A stretch of DNA of 64,000 nt from Ruditapes philippinarum (Eukaryota), in contig NW_026855905.1 in assembly GCF_026571515.1 (NCBI RefSeq), positions 1 to 64,000 on the forward strand, written 5' to 3'. Under the pieces are notes generated by a model. That model had not been told where the DNA came from, searched no databases, and worked only from the letters and a program-made list of their open reading frames with translations. Position 1 is the stretch's first letter. Every line of letters begins with the position of its first letter. Positions 36,601 to 52,371 of this stretch are shown piece by piece. Made by a program: the position numbers and the translations under genes.

Positions 36601-39600
36601 ACATTTTTTAGAAACGATGTCATACATTCAAATTGGTTCCTAAAAGAACATCCTTCTAAATGGTCATCTGCTATGCCATCTGACTATGTACAGCTTTCAA
36701 ATACAAATATTTAAAATAATTAATCGTAAAAAACATTAAGAAGGTTTTTTACCACTCATTTATGTGTATGTACCTGATCATTCACAGTTCAAGTATGCAA
36801 ACATATTTCTTTTATAGGAGTATTTTAAACATTTTTTTTTAAATTACAATTCTATGCACCAAAGTATAGATGTTTACACTTAAAAGTTCCGTTACATTTT
36901 TCAGTTTGAAAACTATATTTCTCCTCTGTGATAGCAGTAGAATATTATTGATATTTATTTAACTGGACAATGAATTATTCTTAAAGAATTCATTTCAGCA
37001 ATTACAGTAATTAGTCGATGTACTAAATTTGTAGTTGTGTCTAATAACAATGTCTATTAATGCTAGAAAAATATTTGGGTACAACTGTTATAGAACAATA
37101 TGCAACAGAAATATTTTCTATTATTGTCACACTGTTGATATAAGACTGACTTTGTTAACAGTACTTAACGTGTAAAGTATTAACAGCAATTTTGCAATGT
37201 AAACAAAACGATTCAAGTGCTAGTATCATTATGACTTTCATTTTACTTTAATTAATACCTAAATTATACATTTAATGAGTATTCAATTTTAAATACCCAT
37301 TATCCAAATAGTAGTTCATATGATGTTTGTATTTGTCGCCATAATACATTTATCCCTATCTAAATGTAGTGTTACTCGACAGATTAATTACTCGAGAGAA
37401 TTATATAATACACCGTAAGCATGCGAAATGCGAGGAATATCGAGTATCAAAGCATACCAGCTGACAGATCCATGCATTAAACCTAATTTAACTGATCAGT
37501 CATAGCATTAGTGTTCAGTTAATGCTCTCATGGGCAAATGAACAAATATAATTATTGCATCGTCATCTAATTACTCCTCTCAGATATGCAAATGTCGGGA
37601 ATTATTTCCCAAAAGTCTATCATTCTAACAAAACAACTTTTTAATTATTCCATTTCAGGTTCGTCGGTTTTACACAAAACATTTTTACTACAGCCTTTAT
37701 GCTGATTTACATGTAACAGGACGACTGAGATACAAATTTAGTTAAGTATATATCATTAATGCAAAACAGTAATAAAACGATTAAAAATGGCTCGGTATTC
37801 TTTTAAAGCTTTCAAATTATGGGATTCACTATAAGTGTAACAATATAAATGTCGTTATCAATCTGTATTCAGTCCTTTCTTTGTTATTTTTCCATGCAAC
37901 ATTTGTGCATTTATAAATATATTTTTTCATTCGTTACATTCTCAAAATATATGTTTTAAGGAATTCATTTATTAAATGTATTTTCTTCTATGTCACACTA
38001 AAATATATATATATGTTTCTTTTTCTTTTCCTTGTTTAACGACGATGAACCTGTAATGCTTAAGTCAAATAAGATATTCTGTTCTGTTCTGTTCAAATGA
38101 AAGTTCATGTACATAAAACCTATTATTAGAATGAATCTAATTTTGAGTTACATCATTTAAACTTCTGGAAATAACACTGGAATGGTGCTTAAACTGATGA
38201 TAAATATCGTTATGACATAATAAAATGCATGTTTTTATATGGGTATTTTAGTTTTGAAAATATTTCTATAATTATGTTTACGAAACTGTCTAAAAATATG
38301 TTCAATGAAAATACAATGTTGTATACAACGCTTCGAACTATGACTCAAGTTTGTTTACAAACTCCTCAAAAGAAAAACAGAAAATAAATGTTTTTTTTAT
38401 GAATCGCTAATTTTTATTATTGTATGTTTACTAAAATAATGATCGCCAAATATGGAACAAGATACATTTTTGAAAATGTACTATATTAAAACTTAAGAAA
38501 ATTAGTTTGCTGTTTGTCAAGACTTTAAGTAAGCTGATAAGACTTACATTCAGATCCAATTTAGCTGATATTTAATTTAATTAAAAGTACAATTTCAAAA
38601 ATGTTGTTAAGTTTCATGAGAATTTGTTATCGCGCTTTACGTTAGTTGTGAGTCTTATTTTCTTTCACCAGCAGATATCACACATTTCAAAATGGCATTC
38701 TTGATAGCAACAAATACAAAATACGTTGTCAGGTTTGTGATAAATTACATGTTGCACCTTCATTACAAATCACTAGCCAATACAATACGCCTACGATTTG
38801 CACGGAAAAGGTGATATGGAAAATTACTGAAGTTATTTCTATAATACGCCGGGGACATAAAAGAACGGATGAGGTTTCGGATTGCAAAAAAAAAATATTG
38901 TTATGTTTATGAAATAAAGTTGCACTAAACTTATTAACTTATACTAATATCAATGAAAGCCAAGAAGACAAATATATAATTCAATACTCAGAAGACTTTG
39001 ATTTCGAAATATGTCTAAGATATATCTTTCACAGTTTGTGGTCTCTATTTTTGACCAAATGATAACGTTTTTCCACATTTATAAAGAGGTTTGTTTACAT
39101 AGTGTAGAGAAAGGTGCAATAAAGAAAGACAACACAATGTTTGTAATGTCTATACTGATTTGCTGTTTCTTGAAGAACTGAATTATCCAAGATGTAGGAT
39201 AAAACCGGATGTAGTAAAATATTTGCAACATATTGAAATATAAAAGGTATGATTTTATGAAACATGTTAATTAAATATGAATGCCTTACATTTTTGCCAA
39301 TAAGACGCTCAGTCCAAGATAACTGAAGGCATTTAAAATATGATGAACATGATCAACAAAGAGAGGCGGGGTTCAACAAACGTAACCCCAAAACACCCTA
39401 GCGGCAAGGGCCAGCGGCTAGAAGTCCAGGGGGACCCCAAACAAGTTATAAATTGATAAAGTAAAATAGGTTAGTAAGTAAAATTGCCCCAAATATATTT
39501 ATTAGACGACAGATATAACAAGATAAGTTGACTTTCCATCATACTAGGATGTTGCTGTAAATAAGTCACGGAAAGATATGAAAAGTATCCTTTTAGTATC

Positions 39601-40579
39601 TGAAGCATTTTCAAAACGCACTGTAAGAAATGGTAAGAAGGCATGTAAAGTACATCGTTTCTTATAGTAGTTTTAAACAGGTTAACAAACAGCCCACCAA
39701 TTTAAGAATAATAATATTTTTGATATGATTTATGAATCATCACTTTCAGCGCTGTTAATGAAACAGTTACACGTGTCAGATCCCGATTTGTTTCAAAATA
39801 ATGTTGATGTAATTTGATTATTTGTCGTATAGAAAAAATAGTTCTCGACAATGAAAGCACTGTAAATATGAAGTGAAAATGCACGACAGATTGAACGTTA
39901 GACATTGTGATAAATGATTCTGATCTGCTTAAATAGTAGATACCGCAGTCTGAGTCTGTTAAAATCATACCCTTCTTTTATAAATTAGTTTCTTGAAATA
40001 CCCTTTCTCAATGAAATGTAATCAACAGCTCAACTATTTCCTTAAATTATCTTGTTGTTATCAACTTATCGTAAATAACTGATATTGCAAACCTAATCAT
40101 CATTTTCTATTTTCACAAACTAAATGAGGACACAATTATAAATTAAGCACAAATAATTGATGAGGTGTAGGTACACGCGGTATGTAATAATACATTGAAC
40201 ATGACATAGATTCATATCCTGAGATCAGTCATACGAGGAAGTAAAATTGGATTGTCAAATAGTACTTTAGTTTACTACAACGAAATCATTTAATTTACCA
40301 TTATTATTAAGGTTTTTAGAGTTGAAACAGGACAAAACCTTTAAATTTTATAGAAAAAGACTTATACAATGACAACTTGAATGGCAAAACAAGTTATAAT
40401 TCAAACACAAGGAAAGACAAAAGAGATAATGAGATAGGAGATTTACAATAATTTTGTTGAAATGCTTCAGTTATCATATTCTACAATAATGTTAATAAAG
40501 TTTATGAAACAAATTCAATTTTGTCTTTATACCTATATATACGGGAAAGAAACATGAAACAAAAAAAATAGAGAGAAAG

Positions 40580-40706
40580 AGAATTCCTAACGAAAGTCCA
40601 GAACGGCATGATTTAAAATGTTGCATCTCGGTTTGATTGAGCCTTCTGGAAAGTGCAAGCTACTGTAAACTTCAATTAGCACCGGCGTAAGCAGTATTCA
40701 ACATTT
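40580..40706 (-). ncRNA. Motif A1, internally deleted copy (its duplicate at 51140-51235 is further deleted)
   Basis: aaatgttgcatctcggtttgattgagcct...gtgcaag...tagcaccggcgtaagcagtattcaacattt. Confidence 0.45.
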
Positions 40707-43700
40707 AAACATGTAATGGTAATATTTAAAATTGATATCATCCTTAAAATAATTTTGTATTTCTATGTGTTAATCACAGAATTAAATAAACAGCTACTTT
40801 TGCTATACTTGTTTTAAGGGAAGAAGACCGTAGCTGGTTAAAGCTACACGCCTCAAGATGAGCAAAAATATTTCAAGAAATTCAATCTTTAGAAAAATGT
40901 ATTAAGATCTAAACGAGAGTAAAAAGATTTAATATTTAAAGAGCCTGTATGTTGTAATTGAGGTTATATACCACACTTAAGTGAAATTATGTATATGTAT
41001 ATAATTATGCTCATATTTTAATTTTTAAAACAAGCAATGAACGCAACCCCACACAACCCCGTAAAGGACCAGCGGCCAGGAGCCCAGGAAGATCCCAAAC
41101 AAAACAAGACCTTAAAACTAAAATGCATTACCATACTGGAATCATGTTTGTTCAGTTGCCCATGAGGACAATTCAATGCTAATGTCATTATCGATCTTCT
41201 AAATTGTGCATTATGAATCATTCTGTCATTTATTATTCCATGGTTATCAATGAACACTACATTTTAATTTTCTTTGTTAAAAACGTGATACCCTAACGTT
41301 TGTCACGTTTTTTCTGTTGTCATATTTAAAGATCATGTACAATTAAATAAATGCTTTGAAACAATATTCAAAATGTTTATTACAATTCCTTTGTTTTAAT
41401 ATAAACTGTAGTGTTTGCCTTTAAGGGATATTCTCATTCTTTGAAAATAAAAAAATGGCATTGTAAGATTTTGATGAATGATATCAAAAGGAAAATGCAA
41501 ACAAATATTCGAATACTTTAAAGAACTTTTTTTTTCTTTTTTTTGAATTTCACGGGCTCAAAAGTGTACATACACTAAACAAGTTATACATAATTTTCCA
41601 TAAAAAACATACAAATACTATAAAATCAAATAATAATTATATTGAATTCAATGGAATTCAATAGAATTAAATAATAAAAAAGTAAATGCTATGGTGGGGA
41701 TTAGTTTTCCTGTTTTATATAAAAAAAATAACGCTGAAAATTATTCACTAAACCGCTGAAAATATCGCAATCAATTTGTTTCTGTTTGTACAATAACATA
41801 ATAACCAATCTGAGTAATTTTGGCAGATCAAGTTGTACTTAGATGGATAGTTCATCTTTAAAAAGTTTGAGTATCAAATTGTGTCAAATTTTATCTTTTT
41901 GAATCCGTGTATTTTTCTGACTGAACTTTTTCAGATATAAACCCGAAAACATAAGCATCAACTATATGTTCAAATCAACCATTTTGTTGCAAATTCAGAT
42001 TTATTGAAAATTATGTTGAGTAAACATATAACGAGGGAGTGGATAAAATTTAACAGCATAACTTTGCTGTTGTTCAGAATTTACTTTCAGCGAATATTGT
42101 TCGTCTCAATTAATTTGAGGCCGAACATTTTCAAATTAGTAAAATCATGTTTGTTCAAATGCTTACGGGGATATTAATTTGATGTTGCTGTCATGATCGA
42201 TCATATAAAATGTGGTAAAATGCATTGTTCTGCCATTCGTAATTCTTTGGTAGTCGATAATCTCGGTATTTGAAATATGCATGGCGCATTATATAATTCC
42301 CTACAGCATAATCATCTTGTGCTCGAAGAATCATTCATTCAAATTTGATAATGTTATAATGTAAATTGACTGAATTCATAATTATCCCTCATGCAAGGTT
42401 GAAAAAGATTTTCAAACAAGCAAAATAATATCTGTGTCTTTTCCCAGTGATCTCAATCAATAAGAACGGTGTTTTAAGTAACATTTCTAGTAATACTAGA
42501 TATCAAAGGGTGAAATATTAAGAATTTGAATAAAATAATACTTATTTATCTATTTTATTGACAAAATAAGTTTCAACTTTCAAATAGAAAAAAAAACTTG
42601 CAATTCTAATGTCGTTTTTCATGTAATGGTATCGGATTGAATATTCACATTCAGCCATTGGAGATTTTGATAATATCGTATTATAGTTTTTCTAAGATTT
42701 ACAACATTTATTTTGCACATTGCACATACTATTCAAATTGTTATTTACAGTCGAGACTGCATGAGTGATCCCTTTATATCAACAACTCTCGCCTTATCCT
42801 TATTGATAAACTATACATTACAAGTAAAAACTAAAGACCAAAAGAAAAGAAAATGAATAAAACTGGGACAGGACACTTATAAGCTTTCATAGCTTAAATA
42901 TATCGAATAAAATATGTTTAAACCAAAAAGAATACATGTATTGCTATCCTACAAGTATCATGTCAGTATCAGCGACATATGTTTATTTTCCTTAGCAAGA
43001 AAGATTACGTGAAATGATTTTGATTTGCTTGTATAAATCCGTAAATTGAATGAGGGCAGTGACCGAAAACGACTTACGATACCATAACAAAAATCATTTG
43101 CACATGACAAAATCACTTAGTTTTACGTATAAACATAGTTTATTACAATTAAGTAAATATATCTACAATTTCAGAAAAAAAATACAACTTTTGTCTTGTC
43201 TTTTCTTGTCTATAACTTTTTCCTTTTTACATCAAATGATATGTGTAATGCAAATATATTTATAAAGGAATGAACGTTGTTTTTCCTAATCGTTTAATGC
43301 TTAAGTACATGGTATAGCATGTAAGACCCAATAATCCATTTTATATCCATCATGTTGATGACAGTGATATCCGAATATGACATCCGTGTACCGATGGGAA
43401 TATTTCTAATCTGTTTATTTACTTTGCACCAAATGATATTGAATATGACGAAGGACAAATGTACGCCCCTCTTGAGAATAAGAGGACGTCTGGCAATAGG
43501 AATCCGATCGGACTCACGGGGACCCTCTGGTAATCGTTATATCAAATAAAATCAAATTCTTCGGCACATTTGGATAATTACAGACGAAAATGACCGGTAA
43601 AATTATTCTAACTTATTTAACGATGATATGTATAAAATAATTGCATAACTGACGGTGAAAATCATAATGAATTGAAAAAATGTTCTTGTTTATTTTTGTT

Positions 43701-45250
43701 TTGAATTACTGAAAATTATTGCTATAATGCCGTTTTAACTTTTTATTTTGATAGGCTCCAATTTGGTGCATACATACACAGAATTAGGGCTACACGTGTT
43801 GTGTATAATTGTTAATTTGATAGAAATGGTAAGGAAACAGTAAAGATTGGAGACTGTGCGATTTTGTTCAATTTGAGGATATACCTTTTTAAACGTTTCA
43901 GCTCAAACTTTCACAAACAATGGCGTAGTTATGCCTGCATGAAATGTCAAGAGATAAAGTAGAAACGATATATGACGCAGCGTTAACAATGAAGTATATA
44001 ATCATTTTCTCTTTTTACATATACTTAAGCAAATTTATTTGACATTCTCCATCTTCAAAATATTTTAATCTTTAAGTATGCTCCCCATGTAGAATGAAGA
44101 AACAAATTACTTTCACGGTAGAAATGACACTTTTGTAGATTATTTTTCTCTTAAGATTTATTGTTTTTAAAACTAATATTTGGACACAGTAATGAAGTTG
44201 ATATAACTTATTTAGGGTATAAATGTCATTCCAATGCGATACTGCCTGAATCATCCAATGTTTAATCGTTTGAGACTTATATTCACAACAACAGATAATC
44301 AGTGCAGTATGACAGCTGTAAAAGCTTGTCTAATTAACTTAAACTGCACATATTATACTTTTGTTAGTGTGGAATATTGAATTTGGCTTATGATTGCGAA
44401 AGTAGGCGGAATGGTTGGTGTACCTTTTTTTGAACTTGATTTTGAGTTGAATAACCGAGAGAGAAATATTCGAACAAACGTATTATGTTTTCATATCGAT
44501 ATATAAAGTAGAGGTATTATATTTAAATGTCTTAGTTAGATGGCTTGGAGGATATCTATCGTCTAGAAACTATTCAAAAGAGACTCTTTCTCCTTGTTAA
44601 GTTATATATTTTATGTCTACAAAGAGCGTATTTTTTAAGTTTTCAAATATTTATAAAAATAAAGAAATGTATCATTTGGTTAAAAGATATGTTGTATAAT
44701 GCCTGGAAAAATGTTGATAAAGATCAAAGTGACGTTGTATGAACATTTATATGGTGAATAAAAATATTTTGTTGGAGAACATTCTATTATATAAAAAACA
44801 TACGATATCGAGTCATGGATCTCTTTCATTCTTGTCAATAACATTCATTCCTAAATAATTTCGTGTTTGTTCATATGTCTGATAGTAAATACTATCAACG
44901 TAACTATTTTCATTATAATACACACCTAATTTATAGATCAAGTCACTTTAAACTGATACTTCACCTGTTAAGCGAATAATGCTTGCCTCTGATATAGCGA
45001 TACAGCTTATACTATATTATTGTAGAAATATCATATTTGACACTTATGAATGACTTTATATTCTTGAACTGATCTTAAAATTATCTATTAGTCAAGTGTT
45101 AGCTACTTTGTGACTTTAAAGGGGTATTTTTTATAATGTCTTAAGATGTCCAGTGTTCTACCCAAACCATTGTTATATTGTGTGAAAATGAAAGTCAAAA
45201 AGTATTGCTGCTTGACATGGCATTAAATACGCATGCTTGTTATATGTCTC

Positions 45251-45490
45251 TTTTCATGGAATGGCACGGAAGTGTCAAATTGAAAGTTCCATGATAACCG
45301 CCATGAACAAATCTGCGGATGTTCCTATATATAACATTTTACCATTACATGTTTAAATGTTGCATTTTTCTTATGGTAGGGGATGTGAACAGTAGCTTGC
45401 ACTTTCCTGTACTACCCATGAACAAACTCAATCTAACCGAGCCTAAAAATTTTCAATTTTGCAGTCTTGGGCTTTCTTTAGGGATTCTTA
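45251..45490 (+). ncRNA. Motif B plus degenerate motif A1
   Basis: tcatggaatggcacggaagtgtca..ttccatga, then aaatgttg..taggggatgtg..ttgcac..ctcaatctaaccgag..aattttg. Confidence 0.45.
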
Positions 45491-45854
45491 TTTTCTCTTT
45501 GTTTTGGTGTATTCTGAGACCCTGGTGTTTTCTTTCTTGCTATGAAGAAAAATGATTGATGTAGTAAGTCTAAATAGGATCAATTAACACGACACGGTTA
45601 AAGGTACACTAGGAACAATTTTGAGTCTGTGAAAAGCAGCAGTAGTAAGTGATAAATGACATAACGAATGTATATTTGTTTTTCTTTTCTATATATTTCG
45701 TTTGAATTCCAAAATTAATCACAAAATATACCTACATAGTTTTTTGAATACGATAAGTAATTGATAAAACTTCATGTACTGGTGGTATTCACAACTTGAA
45801 AAAGTGAAACAAACTGTATTGTTGCTGTTCGAAAATACAACGTTTCGAAACAAG

Positions 45855-46280
45855 GCTCAAGCCGGTGCTAGGGGGCGTGAGGGATGTTGCACGTATTCAC
45901 TATCCCTCATTTACAGACCTAATCAAACCGAGCATTTCTCTTGTTATTTGGTTGTGATTAATGCTTCCGAGGGATCACTTTGTTTCCAGATTTGTACGTA
46001 TACTTAACAACAGCAGGTGTCAAGTGCTATGTGGCATCTGTAAAAATTGCCCCGTACTTCACTTCAGTGTTGTTATATTTTTCTGGTCCTTCGGGACATT
46101 GATGCCATCACTATTAAGTGTTGAGAATTGAGTACCGCTCAAGCCGGTGCTAGGGGAAGTGAGGCATGTGGCACGTATTCATTATCCCTCATGTACAGAC
46201 TCAATCAAACCGAGTCTGCAATTTTCTTGTAATTTTGTTATAATAAATGTTTTCGAGCGATCATTTGTTTCCAGATTTTC
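45855..46280 (+). ncRNA. Tandem array of the 282-bp C+A2 unit
   Basis: aagccggtgctagggg at 45859 and 46141, with motif C and a GUCC-UUCG-GGAC hairpin between them. Confidence 0.6.
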
Positions 46281-46299
46281 ATTAGATTAAAGGTAAATG

Positions 46300-49180
46300 A
46301 ATAGGAACCCAGAGATACATTAACATATTTTGTATCATTATAATTGATATTTTAATGATATTAATTGGTAAAATCATTTAAATGAATGATACATAAAGCA
46401 TTCCACTCGAAATTTTGCGTCATTTCATTACATCATCTCATCTTTATAAAAAGGAACACAATTATAACAATTATTGTTTTCTGTTTAGAACACCAACTAG
46501 TCAATTATTTTAAACCGTTACACTACAAAACAATACTTCTTTAGCTGTGTCCTTTTTATCTATCAAAGTAAATCTATATACGGCAAGAAATAAATTGAAA
46601 TTATAGCAACCTTTTGCGTTTCTAATGGTCTATATATTCACAGTCCGAAAAATACATCCTTCCCTTGGGGTAAAATAACAAATATATGAAAATAAAGATT
46701 GTGACGATAACAGCTCAAGTGTTGACTTTTGTACTTTTTTCTACATTTTTGTACTATTGCAACAGTGAAATATGCCATGTGCAATATTTCAGGAAATCAA
46801 CAAAACCTCAAAATCTTCTTACACATCATAATTTTTTTAGCATTAAAGCCCAGAAATTCTCAAGATATTTTAAAGGAAAATACTCCATAGTTCTATAATT
46901 TAAGTTAATTTAAAAACGTGTTTAATATGCACAGGTACTAATGCTTAATTTTAAACAGTTTAAGTAAAACTAAACAGAATTTCAAATTCATACTTGACAT
47001 TTTTCGTGTAGCATATGAACGCCACCTGGTGTGTATGATGCATAAGGGAATATGTTGACCCACATTCTGTACGACTCATGATCACCGTTATTGATTGATT
47101 TCTACAAGTTATTAAATTTATCAAGAAATTCATATTGGATATGTGAACAGTCTTCTGATATATCCAATACGTTAATTCATTTTTAGATTTGCTTGTATTT
47201 TACCCGAGTCTGCATATATAATAGAGTGAATTAAAGAATCCTTAAGGAAAGCCCAACAAGACAAAATAAAAAATGTTGCGGCTCGATTTGATTGAGCTTG
47301 TTCATGGACGGAAATGGAAAGTGCAAGTTACCGTCCACCCCCTAGCACCGGCTTAAGCATAATTCAACATTTAATCATGGTAATGGTGAAATTTTGAATT
47401 TAGAAACATCCGCAGATGTGTTTATACGGCGGTTATCATGGAACCTTCAATGCGACACTTTCGTGCTATTCCATGAAAAGCGGCGTATGGTCTCCAAGTA
47501 AAAGAATGCGCCAGTATTGCATAATAAACTTTTTAAAATAGAACTATAACGAAGATGTTTGGAATATAGTGACATTAGACATCTAATGGAATGACACGTT
47601 TTTGAAAATGTTGACAATCTCTACATACCTGTGTTGTCATGTTAAAGCTAAACCAAGAACATAAAATCATATAGACAACATTCATATACACGTGAAAAAC
47701 TTTAAAGGATTTCATTAAATATTTCATATTTAAGCTTAGGTGGAATCCAGTATTTGGGTAGAAAATGAAAAAAAGCATAACCTTGTAATTAAGTAACATG
47801 TAATCATCTAGTCATAGTGATTTTGTAATTTGCAAGCAGAAAGATTTTTCTGTTTAATGTTCGTTCGAAAACAATTTGAAATAAGATATGACAAGGAAAG
47901 GCGGCGTTCAACGCACGCAACCCCCACACGACCCAGCGGCAAGGAGCCCAGGAGGACCCCAAACAAAAGCAGGGCAGGGCAAAGCATGGGCAGTTTAATC
48001 ACTAAAATCATACATCAGTTTACAATGTCACTATTCATTGGATAATCGTGACGTTTATATAGTTTCGTATACACGCCTGCAATTTTCTAGGACTTTTTTT
48101 CTCAAAAAAGAGGTTTGCAGTTTTATAAATTCGTTATAAATATTCCTGTCTGGTTATATGGCCGTATATAAACGGTTCTTTGCAATATAACCCTCACCTA
48201 GCGGAAGCTGCCCGGGTCGGGTTATATTTCCAAACAGCCGGTTATATAGAGCCATTTTAACTGTAAAAAAGCTTTATAACTAAGAACATACACGACATGT
48301 ATCTTAAACAAAGTTTATTTACAAAGCAGTTATTCTCACTGCAAATATGCAATTATAATATAACTTAGGGACATTTTTAACATGACTTATAAGGGATTTG
48401 TTATTGATTAAATATTAAGTAGAAAATAAAATTATAATAATGATTCAGATACTAACGGATCAATAAAAGGTGTACATTTTGTTATTTTCTCTTTATTATA
48501 TTGTTAGTGTTCTACAATCCTAAGAAATAATTAATTCATCAGTGTAAGTTCATGGATGTGGACATTACAGTACTGCTTATTATACCCTTTTCAGCCATTA
48601 ATGGTAGCATCGTTTTAAATGCCTAAACTGTAATGTACAACAATGTAATTAGAAGCATTCTTAATAAAAGACACAAACAATTTTAAGCGTTTAAGTGAGT
48701 TTCATTCTAAGAGACGTGCATTTCTTACCCTGTGATCCTCATTTTGTTATGTTCCAATCATAGTGCAGACCAGTACGCCTTTTTTCATGGAATATCACTA
48801 ACGTGTCAAATTAAATGTTCTATGATGATCAACGTTTATTATTTTGGCTTTTTTATTTCTGAGGCAATTATGATGCCGGATACAAAAACAATTTTACGGC
48901 AATCAAAACGGTGATTGTAATGTTAATTCGGCATTTTAATTAAATTTAAACGTCGTATACACCACGCGAAACGGAAGACTACAGTTGATTTTAATTGCCT
49001 TTGATTAAAAGAAGTGTGTATGATTCGACACGATCTTTGGTTCATTCCATTATTTTAATTATCGAAGAATGTCCATATTTGCATCCAGCTAACGGTTTGT
49101 TTTTATAATACCTCTAGTTACTAAATTATTGTTTTGTCAATAGCCTTGTCGGTTAATAGAAATAACTTGAGAAAATTGAA
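46300..49180 (-). repeat. Inverted, rearranged third copy of modules from about 760-3730 / 32600-35350
   Basis: Reverse-complement matches: 46545-47215 vs 2910-3545, 48030-48700 vs 1385-2460, 48775-49160 vs 930-1260. Confidence 0.88.
47235..47495 (-). ncRNA. Motif B plus motif A1
   Basis: B at about 47405-47495 (hairpin loop GAAA instead of GGAA); A core at 47271-47372. Confidence 0.55.
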
Positions 49181-49194
49181 AATAACGGAATAAT

Positions 49195-52100
49195 ATAAGC
49201 TGGTATGACTTACATTCAGATCCAATTTTGCGGATATTTAATTTAATAATAAATGCAATTTCAAAAATGTTGTTAATTTCAATAAGAAATTGTTAATGTG
49301 TTTTCACGTTAGTTGTAAGTCTTATTTTCTTTCACCAGCAGATATCATACATTTGAAATTGGCATTCTTGATAGCAACAAATACAAAATACGTTGACAGG
49401 TTTGTGAAAAATTACATGTTGCACCTTTATTACAAATCACTAGCCAAAACTCTACGCCTACGATTTGCACGGTAAAGGTGATACGGAAAATTACTGAAGT
49501 TATTTCTATAATACGCCGGGGACATAAAAGAACGGATAAGGTATTGTAAGGGGATTGCAAAGAACCTATTTATTGTAACGTTTATAAAATAAAGTTGCGC
49601 TAAACTTATTGACTTACATTTATATCAAAGAAAGCCAAGAAGACAAATATATAATTCAATACCCAGAAGACTTTGATTTCGAAATATGTCTAAGATATAT
49701 CTTTCACAGTTTGTGGTCTCTATTTTTGACCAAATGATAACGTTTTTCCACATTTATAAAGAGGGTTTTTACATGGTGAAGAGAAAAAAAAGTCAACACA
49801 ATGTATGTTATGTCTATACTTACTAATTTGCTGTTTCTCGAAGAACTAAAATATCCAAGATGTAGGATAAAACCGGATGTAGCAAAATATTTGCAACATA
49901 TTGAAATATAAAAGGTATGATCTTATGAAACATGTTAATTAAATATGAATGTCTTGCAATTTGGCCAATAAAACGCTCAGTCCAAGATAACTGAAGGCAT
50001 TTAAAATATGATTAACGTGATCAACAAGGAGAGGCGGGGTTCAATAAACGCAACCCCGAAACAACCCAGCAGCAAGGGCCAGCGGTCAGGAGTCCAGGGG
50101 GACCCCAAACAAGTTATAAACTGATAAAGTAAAAAAGGTTAGTAAGTAAAAATGACCCAAATATATTTATTAGACGTCAGATATAACAAGATAAGTTGAC
50201 TATCCATCATACTAGGATGTTGCTGTAAATAAGTCACGGAAAGATAAGAAAAGTATCTTTGTAGTATCTGAAGCATTTTCAAAACGTACTGTAAGAAATG
50301 GTAAGAAGGCATGTAAAGTACATTTTTTCTTATAGTAGTTTTAAATGATAAATAATGTTGATGTAATTTGATTATTTGTCGTATAGAACAAAAATAGTTC
50401 TCGACAATGAAAGCACTGTTAATATGAAGTAAAAATACACGACAGATGGAATGTTACATATTGCGATTAATGATTCTGATCTGCTTAAATAATAGATACC
50501 GCAGTCTGAGTCAGTTAAAATCATACCCTTCTTTTATAAATTAGTTTCTTGAAATACCTTTTCTCAATGAAATGTTATCGACAGCTCAACTGTTTTCTTA
50601 AATTATCTTGTTGAAGTAGATCTCTAATTGTAATCAACTTTTCGTAAATAACTGATATTGCAAACCTAATCATCATTTTCTATTTTCACAAACTAAATGA
50701 GGACACAATTATAAATTAAGCACAAAGAATTGATGAGGTGTAAGTACACGCGGAATGTAATAATACATTGCACATGACATAGATTCCTATCCTGAGAGCA
50801 GTCATACGAGGAAGTAAAACTGGACATCCAGATTGTCAAATAGTACTTTAGTTTACTACAACGAAATCATTTAATTTACGATTTTTATAAAGGTTTTTCG
50901 AGTTAAAACAGGACAAAACCTTTGACATTATAGAAAAAGACAATGACAACTTGAATGGCAAAACAGTTTATAATTCAAACACAAGGACAGACAAAAGAAA
51001 TAATGAGATAGGAGATTTAAAATAATTTTATTGAAATGCTTCAGTTATCATATTCTACAATAATGTAAAACAAATTCAACTTTGTCTTTATATCTATATA
51101 TACGGGAAGGAAACATTAAACAAAAAAAATAGAAGGAAAGAGAATTCCTAACGAGAGTCCAGAACGGCATAATGTAAAATGTTGCATCTCGGTTTGTTTG
51201 ATCCTTAGCACCGGCGTAAGCATTATTCAACATTTAAACATGTAATGGTAAAATTTAAAATTGATATCATCCTTAAAATAATTTTGTATTTCTATGTATT
51301 AATCACATAATTAAATAAACAGCTACTTTTGCTATACTTGTTTTAAGGGAAGAAGACCGTAGCTGGTTAAAGCTACACGCCTCAAGATGAGCAAAAATAT
51401 TTCAAGAAATTCAATCTTTAGAAAAATGTATTAAGATCTAAACGAGAGTAAAAAGATTTAATATTTAAAGAGCCTGTATGTTGTAATTGAGGTTATATAC
51501 CACACTTAAGTGAAATTATGTATAATATGTTATAATTATGCTCATATTTTAATTTTTAAAACAAGCAATGAACGCAACCCACACAACCCGTAAAGGACCA
51601 GCGGCCAGGAGCCAAGGAAGATCCCGAACAAAACAAGACCTTAAAACTAAAATGCATTACCATACTGGAATCATATTTGATCAGTTGCCCATGAGGACAA
51701 TTCACTGCTAATGTCATTATCGATCTTCTAAATTGTGCATTATGAATCGTTCTGTCATTAATTATTCCATGGTTATTAATTAACACTGCATATTCTTTTT
51801 CTTTGTTAATAACGTGATACCCTAACGTTTGTCACTTTTTTTTCTGTTGTCATATTTAAAAATCATGTACAATTAAATAAATGCTTTGAAACAATATTCA
51901 AAATGTTTATAACATTTCCTTTGGTTTAATATAAACTGAAGTGTTTGCCTTTAAAGGATATTCTCATTCTTTGAAAATAAAAAAATGGCATTGTAAGATT
52001 TTGATGGATGATATTAAAAGGAAAATGCAAACAAATATTCGAATACTTTAAAGAACTGTTTTTTTTCTTATTTTCAAATATCACGGGCTAAAAAGTGTGC

Positions 52101-52370
52101 ATACACTTAACAAGTTAAACATAATTTTCCATAAAAACATACATATACTTTTAAATTAAATAATAGTTGAATTCAATGGAATTAAATAATAAAAAAGTAA
52201 ATGCTATGGTGGGGATTAGTTTTTCTGTTTTATATAAAAACATAACGCTGAAAATTATTCACTCAACCGCTGAAAATATCGCAAGCAATTTATTTCTTTT
52301 TATACAATAACATTGTTTCGAAAGATTAACCATGTATCATAATAACCAATCTGAGTATTTTTGGCAGATC
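49195..52370 (+). repeat. Direct duplication of about 38530-41830 (about 3.2 kb, high identity)
   Basis: Collinear from gacttacattcagatccaatt to ttttggcagatc. Confidence 0.93.
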
Positions 52371-52371
52371 C

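Larger units (their letters stand above)
31338..40845 (+). repeat. Segmental duplication, copy 2
   Basis: Collinear with 1-10572. Lacks the 1908-2244 and 4188-4499 insertions and most of 6720-8410; carries its own insertions at 33571-33680 and 35436-35514. Confidence 0.93.

Noticed and set aside
46128-46165. Resemblance to twister ribozyme segments (CAAGCCGG..AGGGGGCG) and other self-cleaving ribozymes
   Set aside because: No P1-UAA-P2 arrangement and no feasible double pseudoknot; no CUGANGA/GAAA hammerhead core or HDV nested pseudoknot found by eye.
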